Of a stretch of 64,000 bases of DNA, positions 1 to 9,338 are shown piece by piece; position 1 is the first letter of the stretch; every line of letters begins with the position of its first letter. The DNA comes from a virus. A program made the translations under genes and the position numbers. The stretch lies in IMG/VR virus record IMGVR_UViG_3300028837_004134, positions 19,417 to 83,416 of that record, one strand, 5' to 3'. The notes beneath the pieces are model-generated. The model was not told the DNA's origin. It saw nothing but the letters and a program-made list of their open reading frames with translations, and ran no database searches.

Positions 1-3000
1 AAAGGGGTTCAATTGAAGTCCCAAGGCAACGAACGAACCCTGTAATAGCCGCAAGTTCGCGTTTGTGATAGCTGTGTCGGCTTGTTCGAGAGCGGCGTCG
101 AAATCAGGTATGGTTGCTCGCCCACTATCAGCTTTCGATGTAAGGACTCCCGATGACTGCGAGAAGACGGCCATGACTAAATCCGCACTTACAATTAGGC
201 TCTCGGCGGCAGTCCATGTTTCAAGTGAATCTCCAGATAGAGCAGCAGCGGTTACGCTGTCACACCAGTCGGAGTAGGCTGAGATTTCTTGGGGAAGTGG
301 CGCCTTTGAAGCCGAGCTGCTTCTGGTATTGCCGGCTGCCAACACCATTCCTGGTGTGTGCATTGGATACATCGGGGGGGCCGTGCCATGATAGACAAAG
401 AATGCGCCGAGAGTTATTTCAGTCTGAATGGAGATAGCTGTCTCAAGTGCCTCTCCGGCTGCCATTATTGAATGACCAGACTTGTTTACTCCGACCAGAT
501 CGCCAAAAAGCTCCACCGCCTTCTTAACCCACTTAAGCTTGAAAAAACCTTCGTCCATCGCATCAGACAACTCTTGAAGCCTTTCTGCCACACCCATTCC
601 ACCAGCATCTTCTTCGTGCTGGGCTATGACAGCTGCCGACTGATCGGTCATGTCTTTGATATTAGACCACCTATCCTGGAAGTTATCGGTGGCTTCCTCA
701 AGAGTATTGGAGTAGTTGTAGACTGTCGACCAGCTACCGGCGTCATCAAGAGCATCCTGTGTGGAGGGAACATGTATCAGGCTGAGTGCGGCTTCATCAA
801 ACACAATCCGAACGGCTGCATTGTTTATAAGGCAATCCGAGACGTGTTCGCTTGCGAGACAGTTTATTAACCCAGCCTTGACCTGATCGAACAGCATACC
901 CCACGTTCGACGTACATCCTCATCAGGAATGAACCTCCTGATCTCTCCAAAAATGTCGAGAATATATCCAAGGACTGTCTTCAGCACTTTCTTCAGCAGC
1001 TTGGCAATCATCCCACCTTTCTCTCCAAGCGCCAAGAAAGCTAAAGCCGGCGTTATGGCCGATATGGTGTTCTTGACTGCTGAATCCCACATCTCCTCCG
1101 CACCCCTTACTGTCTCTGTTTCCGGTGGTGGGTCTGCTGCATCAGGAATGTAACGGTAACCGGCGTTCACCAACTTAGCTACCATCAAAAGCCTTTGGAA
1201 AGTCTCCAGTTGCACTTCCGTCGGATAGCCGGGTCGGATTACATTATCCACAAACGAATTGGCATCCTGCATTTCATAACTGTTCACGACCGGGATAGGG
1301 ATAATTGTGCCCACAAATAGGTCGATTTCAAGATTCTCCAGGCGATCTTTAATAAAGTCATACTGCGCCAACTCCACCGGCGTTCCATCAGGATTGTGGA
1401 CCTGGTAAGTCACAGAAACTACTTCTGGGCTGTTATCGGCGTTGCTGCTCGTGACGGTCATAACTTCGTTGTACGTACCAGGATTCAGATCAGTGGTGTT
1501 GATGGTAACGGTGATCTCCTGGTAGTTACTCGTACCGTAGTACAGGTCGATATCCAACCAGGGAATCTGCTCATCTATGTACCAGTCCAGCGTACCGCCG
1601 CCCGTATTCGTTATAGTCAAAGTTTGATTATCAGGTAAGACATCATTCTGAGCTGCAGCAAAGTGAAGACTGGAGGGACTTAATTGGATGTGCGGACCAG
1701 ACGAGATCGCATACTCAATGGCCAAGTATTCTGGGCTGTTGTCGGCATTGGTGCTCGTAACCGTCATGACTTCGTTGTAAGTCGCCGGCGCTAAACCCGT
1801 GGTGTTTACGGTTACAGTGATCTCAGCGTAGTTGGATGTGCCGGAAAACGGGGTTATGTCCAGCCAGTCGATTTGTTCGTCTATGTGCCAGTCCAGCGTT
1901 CCGCCACCGGTATTGGATATCTCAAACGTCTGCGGGGTGGGTGTAGGATCATCTTGGACCGCCAAGAAGCTGAGATTAGTTGGCGTCAGTGAAATGTGCG
2001 GACCGGCAGATACAGTATATTCGACCGTCACAAATTGCGGGCTGTTATCGGCGTTGGAGCTGGTCACGGTCATCACTTCATTGTAGGTGCCTGGTGCCAA
2101 ACCGGTGGTATTTATCGTAACCGTTATTTCCTGGCTGTTGCCCGGTCCTTGCCGTATATCAAGATCCAGCCACTCAATCTGCTCATCCACGTACCAGTCA
2201 AGCGTTCCGCCGCCGGTATTTGATATCTCAAACGTCTGCGGGGTGGGTGTAGGATCATCTTGGACCGCCAAGAAGCTGAGATTAGTTGGCGTCAGTGAAA
2301 TGTGCGGACCGGCAGATACAGTATATTCGACCGTCACAAATTGCGGGCTGTTGTCGGCGTTGGAACTGGTAACGGTCATAACTTCATTATATGTCCCCGG
2401 AGCAAGCGATGTTGTGTTGATTGTAGCCGTAATCTCCTGGCTGTTGCTCGTGCCGAAGTAAGGGGTAATATCTAACCAGGAAATCTGCTCGTCAATGTAC
2501 CAGTCCAGTGTACCGCCGCCCGTATTTGATACGGAAAATGTCTGTTCGGTTGGAGCCACACTGTTTTCTGCGCCTTGAAAGATCAAATTCTCTGTCGACA
2601 GTGCGATATGGGGAAGGTCCTGTGATTGATATGCCCAGGGAATCCAATTGACAGGTCCACTGATTCCTGCAGCAATCGTAGCTGAGTCAGTTGTACCCCA
2701 GTAGTTATACTGGGCGTTGGTTGAAGTACCAGATGAATTGACAATATTAAAATCAGTGTTGTCATATATATCACAACTGTAGTCTAAAGAACCACCAATG
2801 ATAAGCGGTCTTGAAGCATTAATATTATAGAGTCCATCTCCCACATTACCGATAATGTGACAGTTTTCAAAAATAATTTCAGAAGCAATTGAACAATACA
2901 CACCACAGTTTAAGTTATTGGCGATTAGACAATGTCTAAAAATCTTGGGATAGTCAGCATCCTTTGACCGAGCATATACACCAGCCTGAGCGACACCGAA

Positions 3001-3156
3001 TAAAGTATCCACTGCCCCGGCATACTTGATATCACAGTAAAGTAAACTATCGGAAAGCGTGTAACTGTGATATTTTATCCCAACCCAGTCACCTGGCTGG
3101 GGGACAGGTGCATTGGAAGTGAAAACTATCCGGTTATCAGGAGTCCCGTTGGCCTC
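1..3156 (-). CDS. Large secreted/surface protein, partial (open at window edge): beta-helix repeats, 4 BACON-like Ig repeats, then a helical region
   Basis: Manual translation gives a stop-free frame from 3156 to 1 (absent from ORF track). EANGTPDNRIVFTS..PGDW motif, NAQYNYWG, and repeated NTGGGTLDW..WL..SNADNSP units. Confidence 0.85.
1405..2610 (-). repeat. Four ~297-bp BACON-domain coding repeats
   Basis: ~1908-2070 and ~2205-2367 are nearly identical in DNA; all four share the protein motif. Confidence 0.85.
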
Positions 3157-3597
3157 AGCGATAAACCACATCGTCAAAGTAGTTGCTAACTAAATGGATG
3201 CCCCCACTGTCATTGGAAGAAATTGTGCAATTTTCAATTGAACTGTAAGCAGATCGACCGTAATCATAAATACCATAACCGGTGCAATTAGTAATGGAAC
3301 AATCGACTAATTCCAGAGTGTCAGTACTCGCACCCATAAACACGCCTGATCCAAGAATGGAATCAATCGTGCAGCTCTTAATCTGTTTTAGCTTGTCGGC
3401 CTGACCACGGAAATATACACCAGCCTGAGCGACACCGAACAAGGTATCCACCGCCCCGGCATACTTGATATCACAGTAAAGTAAACTATCGGAAAGCGTG
3501 TAACTGTGATATTTTATCCCAACCCAGTCACCTGGCTGGGGGACAGGTGCATTGGAAGTGAAAACTATCCGGTTATCAGGAGTCCCGTTGGCCTCAG
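2974..3597. repeat. 185-bp direct repeat (2974-3158 / 3413-3597)
   Basis: Identical except 3 synonymous differences near one end. Confidence 0.9.
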
Positions 3598-3734
3598 ACA
3601 ATGTAAGGACTGCCATCTATGCTTAGTGTAGTATTCGTAGTTATGGCTCCACCAATATAGGTTTGAGCCGTAGAAACATCACTCACAAACAATATTATTG
3701 TTACAACGGATAAAATACAGATAAATACCTTCAT
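3155..3734 (-). pseudogene. Frameshifted N-terminal pieces of the same surface protein (signal peptide piece 3734-3594; beta-helix piece 3595-3155)
   Basis: ATG 3734 gives MKVFICILSVVTIILFVSDVSTAQTYIGG..GSPYIV then TGA. The next piece is in the +1 frame and ends in TGA at the same CTGAGGCCAAC junction. Confidence 0.75.
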
Positions 3735-3782
3735 AGCTTCCCCCTGTATCCTAAATGTTTAGATTGATTTCTCAGAAACATC

Positions 3783-3813
3783 AAAAAAGCCCGTGTTTTG
3801 AAAACCAACGGGC
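3783..3813 (-). terminator. Rho-independent terminator-like hairpin
   Basis: Minus strand AGCCCG-ttggttttcaaaaca-CGGGCT followed by a T run. Confidence 0.55.
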
Positions 3814-4252
3814 TGCAGTGCTCTATTGATATATGATTTTGAATTTGACTAACTTCTGGATCGTCGAGTAAGCCCATATAAATAACTCCAATTACGGTTT
3901 ATTCTCAGGAGTGATGGACCAAGATGCATATCTTCCCAATAAAAGAAATATACTCAAACTTTCATGCTTGTCAATCCCGAAAGCCCTTATTGACGAGGGT
4001 TTCCGGACCTTAACTAACTCCTCGTCCTTGACTCCGTCATATGATAAATAGTCACATTCTATGTCTTTTGCAGAAAAAACATCCCTTTGAGTGCGAAATT
4101 TCAAATGTATAACAATATTGTAAACGCCGGAGTAAAAGTGTCCCAAGGGGCGGTCGAAAAGTGTGCCACCCAGGCTTCGCCCGAACAGTAAGGACAAGAG
4201 GCCAGCACTACTCGGCACCGGCCCCTTGTTTCATGATGATCTGCGCAGCAAC

Positions 4253-4816
4253 CTACCCCACCTTGCCTTTCTTCGGACAAAGCTTCAACTGGTCGATGGC
4301 GTGTGACCCACCCGCAATGGGAATCTTGCCGGTCTTCGCCTTGTGATCGAACAGTTTCTGTATCTCCAGCTCCAGCTCGATCGGCACTTCCCGCTGGTCA
4401 CACAGCGTGCGAATGTACTGCTCCTGAGTCATCTTGGGCTTCTTGGAGCCGTTTGACACCGCAGAAGCACCTACAGAGCCGTTGCCTGTGCTGTCACGAC
4501 CAAGCTCTTCATAGGCCGTCATGCTGACGTTGGTGGCGAACCTGAACGCTCTGGCCACGGCCCTGGTCTCAGCCATGCGGATCAAGTGCGGCGCGATCCA
4601 CTCGTTCACGTTGTCAGGGCTGGCGTCGCCCAGACCGTGGAAAGTGCCCTTGCTGGTTGTGACTTCGGCCGAGACAACTGCCAGCGGCTGGTCTTTTGTC
4701 GGCATGTGCAACAGGCAGGTTTTGACCGCGTTCAGCCCCTGTCGGTGGGCCTCGTCGAGCAGACCAGCGAACAGGATGTACTCCTTGCCGTTGGTAGGTG
4801 GTGATCGTCGCCGCAC
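4253..4816 (-). CDS. Putative Rad52/Sak-like single-strand annealing protein
   Basis: GKEYILFAGLL..GDASPDNV..HLIRMAETRAVARA motif. The coupled ATG at 4820 is out of frame, so the start may be frameshifted. Confidence 0.55.
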   Translation of the reverse strand: MRRRSPPTNGKEYILFAGLLDEAHRQGLNAVKTCLLHMPTKDQPLAVVSAEVTTSKGTFHGLGDASPDNVNEWIAPHLIRMAETRAVARAFRFATNVSMTAYEELGRDSTGNGSVGASAVSNGSKKPKMTQEQYIRTLCDQREVPIELELEIQKLFDHKAKTGKIPIAGGSHAIDQLKLCPKKGKVG

Positions 4817-4819
4817 CCA

Positions 4820-5134
4820 TCACGCGGCCCCCGTGGCTTTCAGCTCCGGAGAAACCGGATGCGCGTCTCCGACCCTTTCGACCTTGAACGCCTCTTCACC
4901 GAACTCACGGGAGAGGAACCCGGTGAAAATCCGGGCGATGGCGCGTCCGACATCAGTCGCCGCGTCCACCACGCAGGAACGCTTTTTCGAGTCCAGGCAG
5001 AAGGACGCATCAAGTCGTACCAAAGCTCGACCGTGCAGGCTCTCGGCGGCGAGCACGGCAAGGAGCAGAGACTCCTCGACGTCCCGGAATGGGACCTTGG
5101 TGTTGAAGTTGTATCTGTAGAGTTCGCGGTTCAT
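4820..5134 (-). CDS. Conserved element hypothetical protein
   Basis: Near-identical paralog at 54801-55127. Confidence 0.8.
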   Translation of the reverse strand: MNRELYRYNFNTKVPFRDVEESLLLAVLAAESLHGRALVRLDASFCLDSKKRSCVVDAATDVGRAIARIFTGFLSREFGEEAFKVERVGDAHPVSPELKATGAA

Positions 5135-5232
5135 TGTCTTTCCTCCGTTCATTGCGGTCCGTTTGGAGGGCGCGTCCGGGCCGGATACCGTTGGAGTTTC
5201 TCGAACGCCTTGCCGGCATCCGACCCGGTCAA

Positions 5233-5263
5233 TACCTACCGGAAGCGACTCCGGACCGTCGGG
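5233..5263 (-). promoter_or_regulatory. Element sigma-type promoter motif copy 1
   Basis: CCCGAC-N15-CCGGTAGGTA. Confidence 0.7.
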
Positions 5264-5266
5264 CGG

Positions 5267-5851
5267 TCAGAGGTAGTCCCTCAGTCCGGCGTCCTCGAAG
5301 ATTGCACACAGCTTTTTGCGGGACTCATAGATCGTTCCCCTCGGAATCCCTGTATCGCGGGAGATCTCGGTGATGCTTTCCGTTTTGAGGCGCTTGCACA
5401 GTTCGCGCAGTTCGGGCGGGAGCTTCTCGATTGTTCTCTGGACATCAAGGGAAAGATCGCGCAACTCCCACGCGGGTCGTGCAAGCTTGCTGGTGCGGCG
5501 CAGGTAGTCCTCCTGGTCGATGGTCTCCATGCGCTCCACAGAGCTGCCTTCTTCGTCCTCGAACCGGTCGTTCAGGGAGCAGCGGAGGCGATAATCCCGC
5601 ATACCGGCTTTCTGCGATTCGATAATGGTGGCGGTTTTGTGCTCTACCACCCGGGTGATGAAGGTGTTGCGCTGAGCACGTCTGGGATCGTATTTCGGCA
5701 GTCGTCGGAGCAAGTCCAGCATCATATCCTGCTCCAGGTCCTCGCGGTCGGACTCGGTGAATCCGACCCTCCCGACCAATTGTCTGGCCTTGTACTTGAT
5801 TAGTCGAACGGCATATTCGTCGACTGCTTCCGGGTGATTGTCGAAACCCAT
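5267..5851 (-). CDS. Sigma-70 family (ECF-like) RNA polymerase sigma factor
   Basis: Region 2 DREDLEQDMMLDLL..TFITRVVEHK; region 4 LPPELRELC..ITEISRDTGIPRGTIY. Confidence 0.85.
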   Translation of the reverse strand: MGFDNHPEAVDEYAVRLIKYKARQLVGRVGFTESDREDLEQDMMLDLLRRLPKYDPRRAQRNTFITRVVEHKTATIIESQKAGMRDYRLRCSLNDRFEDEEGSSVERMETIDQEDYLRRTSKLARPAWELRDLSLDVQRTIEKLPPELRELCKRLKTESITEISRDTGIPRGTIYESRKKLCAIFEDAGLRDYL

Positions 5852-5985
5852 TTGGACCTCCTCGTGGCCGAGGGGGCGTGGGTGCCGACGGAAGCAGTGA
5901 CCACTATGAGAAGAGGCGTCGCAGGTTCACCGCGTCAGCGGCACCCACAACGCCTCCACTTCGTGGCCGGTTAGTTGTCAGGTAG
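5852..5985 (-). ncRNA. Conserved structured 5' leader of the sigma gene (putative translational switch)
   Basis: Two mutually exclusive stems plus an SD-sequestering hairpin; conserved at 55853-55990. Confidence 0.5.
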
Positions 5986-6026
5986 CGAAAAGCTCATTTC
6001 ACAATTGGGGAGCCAACCCCCCGTTC

Positions 6027-6365
6027 TCAGGCAGTGTTCTCCTCGACATTCATTTTGAATGGGAGGCCGTGTTTGATCTCGAGCGAGTGGATGACTCCGT
6101 TACCCAATGCTTCAACCTGTGTGAAAAAATCGCACACTTGAGCCTTGAGCACGAAATCCTGCTTGGTGGCCTCCGGTCGTGGGCCGTTTTCCGCGCAGAA
6201 CTTTATCTCCCTGACCACACGCGGCGGCGGATCAAGGACTAACTCGCCCTCACGGATGACGATCCCCTCGATGCAACCAAAGTTGATGTGCTGCATCAAC
6301 TCGATTAGCTGCGTCTTCGGTTGCGAGAGGGAAGACTTCGTAGCGTCACGTTCGGTCTCCTGCAT
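6027..6365 (-). CDS. Conserved element hypothetical protein
   Basis: Paralog at 56027-56365; GGAG SD. Confidence 0.8.
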   Translation of the reverse strand: MQETERDATKSSLSQPKTQLIELMQHINFGCIEGIVIREGELVLDPPPRVVREIKFCAENGPRPEATKQDFVLKAQVCDFFTQVEALGNGVIHSLEIKHGLPFKMNVEENTA

Positions 6366-6436
6366 ATGACTCCTTCAATCCGAGGGTCTTCTGAATGAGC
6401 AGCGCACCGTGCGCTAGCCCGTCACCCTTCGGAGGA

Positions 6437-6548
6437 ATTGCAGGAAACGATTGCAGGAGGTGTGGAGGCGTCCGCAACCTCGTTAGCTAAAAGGACTACG
6501 GCGCGTGGATATGATAATTGCAGTTGCAGGAAGTCGTGCAAACTGCAA
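6437..6548. promoter_or_regulatory. TTGCAG repeats and inverted repeat (putative operator)
   Basis: TTGCAGG copies and TTGCAGTTGCA..TGCAAACTGCAA, conserved at 56437-56547. Confidence 0.45.
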
Positions 6549-6557
6549 TGAGGAAGG

Positions 6558-7541
6558 TTACCCCTTGAACCTCATAACTTGTTGAAGATCGTTGGCGGTT
6601 TCCCAGAGAATGCCGATCTCCCTGTCTAAAGGATCGTTAATTGCTCTGGATATGGAAGATATGCTGACATTCAGTTGAGCGGCAAGTTGCTTCTGGGTAG
6701 GTCGAAGCAGCAGTAGAGGACTAATCCCGCGATCGCGTGATTTGTATGCGTGATCGCGTGCTGCCCGCAGGTGTTCTCTTAGTGCCTGCTTAAGACCATC
6801 GATGGTAGCAGTCCGTGTGGCACGCTTCTTGGGTTTCTTCTTGGCCGCTTTGCGTGTAGCCCGGTTCCCAGTTGCCTCGGCCTTGACGAGCCCCGTATTG
6901 CGCTTTCTGCGAAGTTCATCCAGACGTTTCACAACCTCTTGACCGGGAATGAGCTTCTTCTTGATCTCGTCATACTCATTGAGTGGTATGGCAGGCAAGT
7001 CCGAAACATCGAGAGTGAGAAGAGCTAACTCACGAAGCCTCGCTTCCGTCTCCTCCCCGAAGACTGTAGAATCGGGCCTGATGATAACACACGGTACGGA
7101 CATAATCTGATCACCGTCGAGATCCTTGCCGCCAGGGTAGGGAATCACATGTCTCACTACAGTAGTTGCAGGCAGTGCTGGCGAGTACTCGGCAATGAGA
7201 GGGAAAGACGAGAAAGCCTCCACGATGGCGCACGCTGGACAGGCGCCGATCAGAGTGTTCAACTCATGTAGATGCGCCAGTGCCTCGTGTATATCTCTTT
7301 GTACATCGTTCCATCGCTTCTCCCTCTTTCGCTTAGAGGCAGTCCTTAGTTGAAACAGGGATAACTCAACGCGGCCGCGGAACTCGCTGCACGAGAACCC
7401 TTTGCAGTGATACTCGCAGAAGACCCATGCCAGATTCTCAAGACATTTCCAAGCCCATCGCGCTGCGGCGCGTCGGTCTGAATGCTCTTGGAAGTTAACG
7501 TCGAAGTGGGATTTGGCGCAACGGTTCTTAGTCATGGCCAT
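6558..7541 (-). CDS. Hypothetical regulator with C-terminal HTH
   Basis: PTQKQLAAQLNVSISSISRAIND; paralog at 56557-57540. Confidence 0.75.
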   Translation of the reverse strand: MAMTKNRCAKSHFDVNFQEHSDRRAAARWAWKCLENLAWVFCEYHCKGFSCSEFRGRVELSLFQLRTASKRKREKRWNDVQRDIHEALAHLHELNTLIGACPACAIVEAFSSFPLIAEYSPALPATTVVRHVIPYPGGKDLDGDQIMSVPCVIIRPDSTVFGEETEARLRELALLTLDVSDLPAIPLNEYDEIKKKLIPGQEVVKRLDELRRKRNTGLVKAEATGNRATRKAAKKKPKKRATRTATIDGLKQALREHLRAARDHAYKSRDRGISPLLLLRPTQKQLAAQLNVSISSISRAINDPLDREIGILWETANDLQQVMRFKG

Positions 7542-7548
7542 TTTGATT

Positions 7549-8208
7549 TCACTTTTTTCGGATTGGCCGCCTCACTCCGATGACCTTTCCAAGGATGCAA
7601 AATCCGTCGTCAGGCCCAATCGGAATGGGTTGGTGTTTCAGATTCTCCGGCCTAAGTTCGATCTTCTCGTCACGAATGTAAAGCCGCTTCACAGTCGCCT
7701 CGTCGCCAAGCAAGGCCACCACGATATCTCCGCTCTCAGCCACTGGCTGCTGGCGGACCACTACGAAGTCCTGGTCGTTGATACCAGCGTCGACCATACT
7801 GTCACCGGCGATTTCCAACGCGAAACAACGCCCCGACTGTGCGATTCTATCTTCGACCAAGATCTCGCCGATGATGTTCTCCTCAGCGAGAATCGGTTGT
7901 CCTGCAGCTACCTGGCCGACAATAGGCACGGGCAATAAATTCGAGGTTTCATCCTCCGGTTCGCAAATGACAGCAAGCCCCCGCGCCTTGCGTGGTTCTC
8001 TCCGCAGAAAGCCCTTCCGCACGAGTTGGTTCACTTGGTCATGGGCGCTGGCGTGCGATATCCCGAGGATGTCTGCGAGTTCCTTGATCGTTGGAGGAAA
8101 TCCTCGCTGGTGTAAGAATCGACGGATATCCTTCAATGTCCTACGCTGTGGGTCGGTTATTTCCTGAACGGGGCGTCTGCCTCTTGGTTTGCTATTCATG
8201 AGAGTCAC
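7549..8208 (-). CDS. lexA: LexA-family repressor (S24 peptidase)
   Basis: GFPPTIKELA wHTH, VAAG cleavage site, GDSM Ser, TVKR Lys. Confidence 0.9.
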   Translation of the reverse strand: MTLMNSKPRGRRPVQEITDPQRRTLKDIRRFLHQRGFPPTIKELADILGISHASAHDQVNQLVRKGFLRREPRKARGLAVICEPEDETSNLLPVPIVGQVAAGQPILAEENIIGEILVEDRIAQSGRCFALEIAGDSMVDAGINDQDFVVVRQQPVAESGDIVVALLGDEATVKRLYIRDEKIELRPENLKHQPIPIGPDDGFCILGKVIGVRRPIRKK

Positions 8209-8672
8209 CCTTCGTAGTCTCTCAGAAGATTGAAATTGTCTTGGTACTTCTCAAAGCGGGGGCGAGGCGTAACCTGGCCGGTCTTCCGGCTGACATTCGT
8301 GAACATTATCCGATACTTCCCTGCGTTCTTCCCTGTCTTGTTCTGATTTGCCTCCTTCACAAGGTCGAGGGAGGGGACGACCCAATAGTGATCGGCTTGT
8401 TCAGAGTAGAAGATGAAGAAGAAGTTCGACCTCGGGTTTCGAACTTCCATAGCAGCGAACGTTCCGGCACTTCTTGGATTGCAGTCTTTCGAACGCGCCT
8501 TGATCTGGATATCCAGGTATGTCGGATCGCCATCCACTTCCTTGCGAACCACGCAATCAATCTGTTGGTCATCCACCAGCGTGAGGTAAACGTCAAAACC
8601 ACGACGCAGCAGTTCTGCGATTGCAACGAACTCCTGGCGTTTGCCGAACGATGCTGAACTCCTAAACGACAC
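8205..8672 (-). CDS. PD-(D/E)xK-family nuclease
   Basis: GKRQE..RGFDVY..IDCVV..DIQIKAR; GTG start with GGAG SD. Confidence 0.7.
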   Translation of the reverse strand: MSFRSSASFGKRQEFVAIAELLRRGFDVYLTLVDDQQIDCVVRKEVDGDPTYLDIQIKARSKDCNPRSAGTFAAMEVRNPRSNFFFIFYSEQADHYWVVPSLDLVKEANQNKTGKNAGKYRIMFTNVSRKTGQVTPRPRFEKYQDNFNLLRDYEG

Positions 8673-8743
8673 TTCCGTTCTCCACCAACAATTCGAGCCG
8701 AGGTGTGCCGTCGGCGCATACCACGGCGAATTCATAAGGTAGT

Positions 8744-8772
8744 ATTATAAGACCTGATAAACGTCAGGGCAA
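8744..8772 (-). promoter_or_regulatory. Sigma70 promoter with overlapping palindromic operator
   Basis: TTGCCC-N17-TATAAT; CCTGA-N6-TCAGG at 8753-8768. Confidence 0.7.
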
Positions 8773-8888
8773 TAGGAAAATGTACATAAAACCACAAATA
8801 ACGATTTTAGGGCATGGTGGAGAGATAAAGACCGCTGGCGGATAGGGGGAAGTTGGAGAAAAGAGACTCGCGGATGTGATGGTCGTGA

Positions 8889-9338
8889 TCAGTCCGTTTG
8901 ATCTTGGACCAGCTTCTCCCACATCCTGCGCTGGCGGTGCCAGTGAGGAACGGCGGCTACGGGGCGGACGTCTTTCTCCATGATCGGATCACGACCCGTA
9001 GTAGTGCGGGGAAGGAACAGGATTTCTTCTTGGATGTCCGGAGCAAGATTCAAGAGACTCATGATTTGCGTGATGCGGGCGCGCGTCACGTAACCCAGGC
9101 GGGCAAGGTCGGCATAGTCACTCACTTCGCTGTTTTGGATCAAGCCGGCGAACCGAATGGCGAGCGCCATCAACCGGGAGATACGAGGCATGTTGCCAGC
9201 TTCGACGTTTCGCTTTTCAGGGTTTGGCTCTAATGCCCGTTTCACTCTGCCTCGGTGCCTGCTCTTGGGTCGAAAGGTCCAGGTAACCTCCAGGGCGCTT
9301 GAACCAGGATCGACCTTTGTCGGATCATCTTGTTTCAT
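8889..9338 (-). CDS. Recombinase-associated small HTH-like protein
   Basis: ALAIRF..YADLARLGYVTRARITQIMSLLNLAPDIQE; coupled to the recombinase; paralog at 59884-60342. Confidence 0.8.
   Translation of the reverse strand: MKQDDPTKVDPGSSALEVTWTFRPKSRHRGRVKRALEPNPEKRNVEAGNMPRISRLMALAIRFAGLIQNSEVSDYADLARLGYVTRARITQIMSLLNLAPDIQEEILFLPRTTTGRDPIMEKDVRPVAAVPHWHRQRRMWEKLVQDQTD

Noticed and set aside
3892-4218. 108-aa minus ORF
   Set aside because: No SD, no recognisable motif; spans a GC transition.
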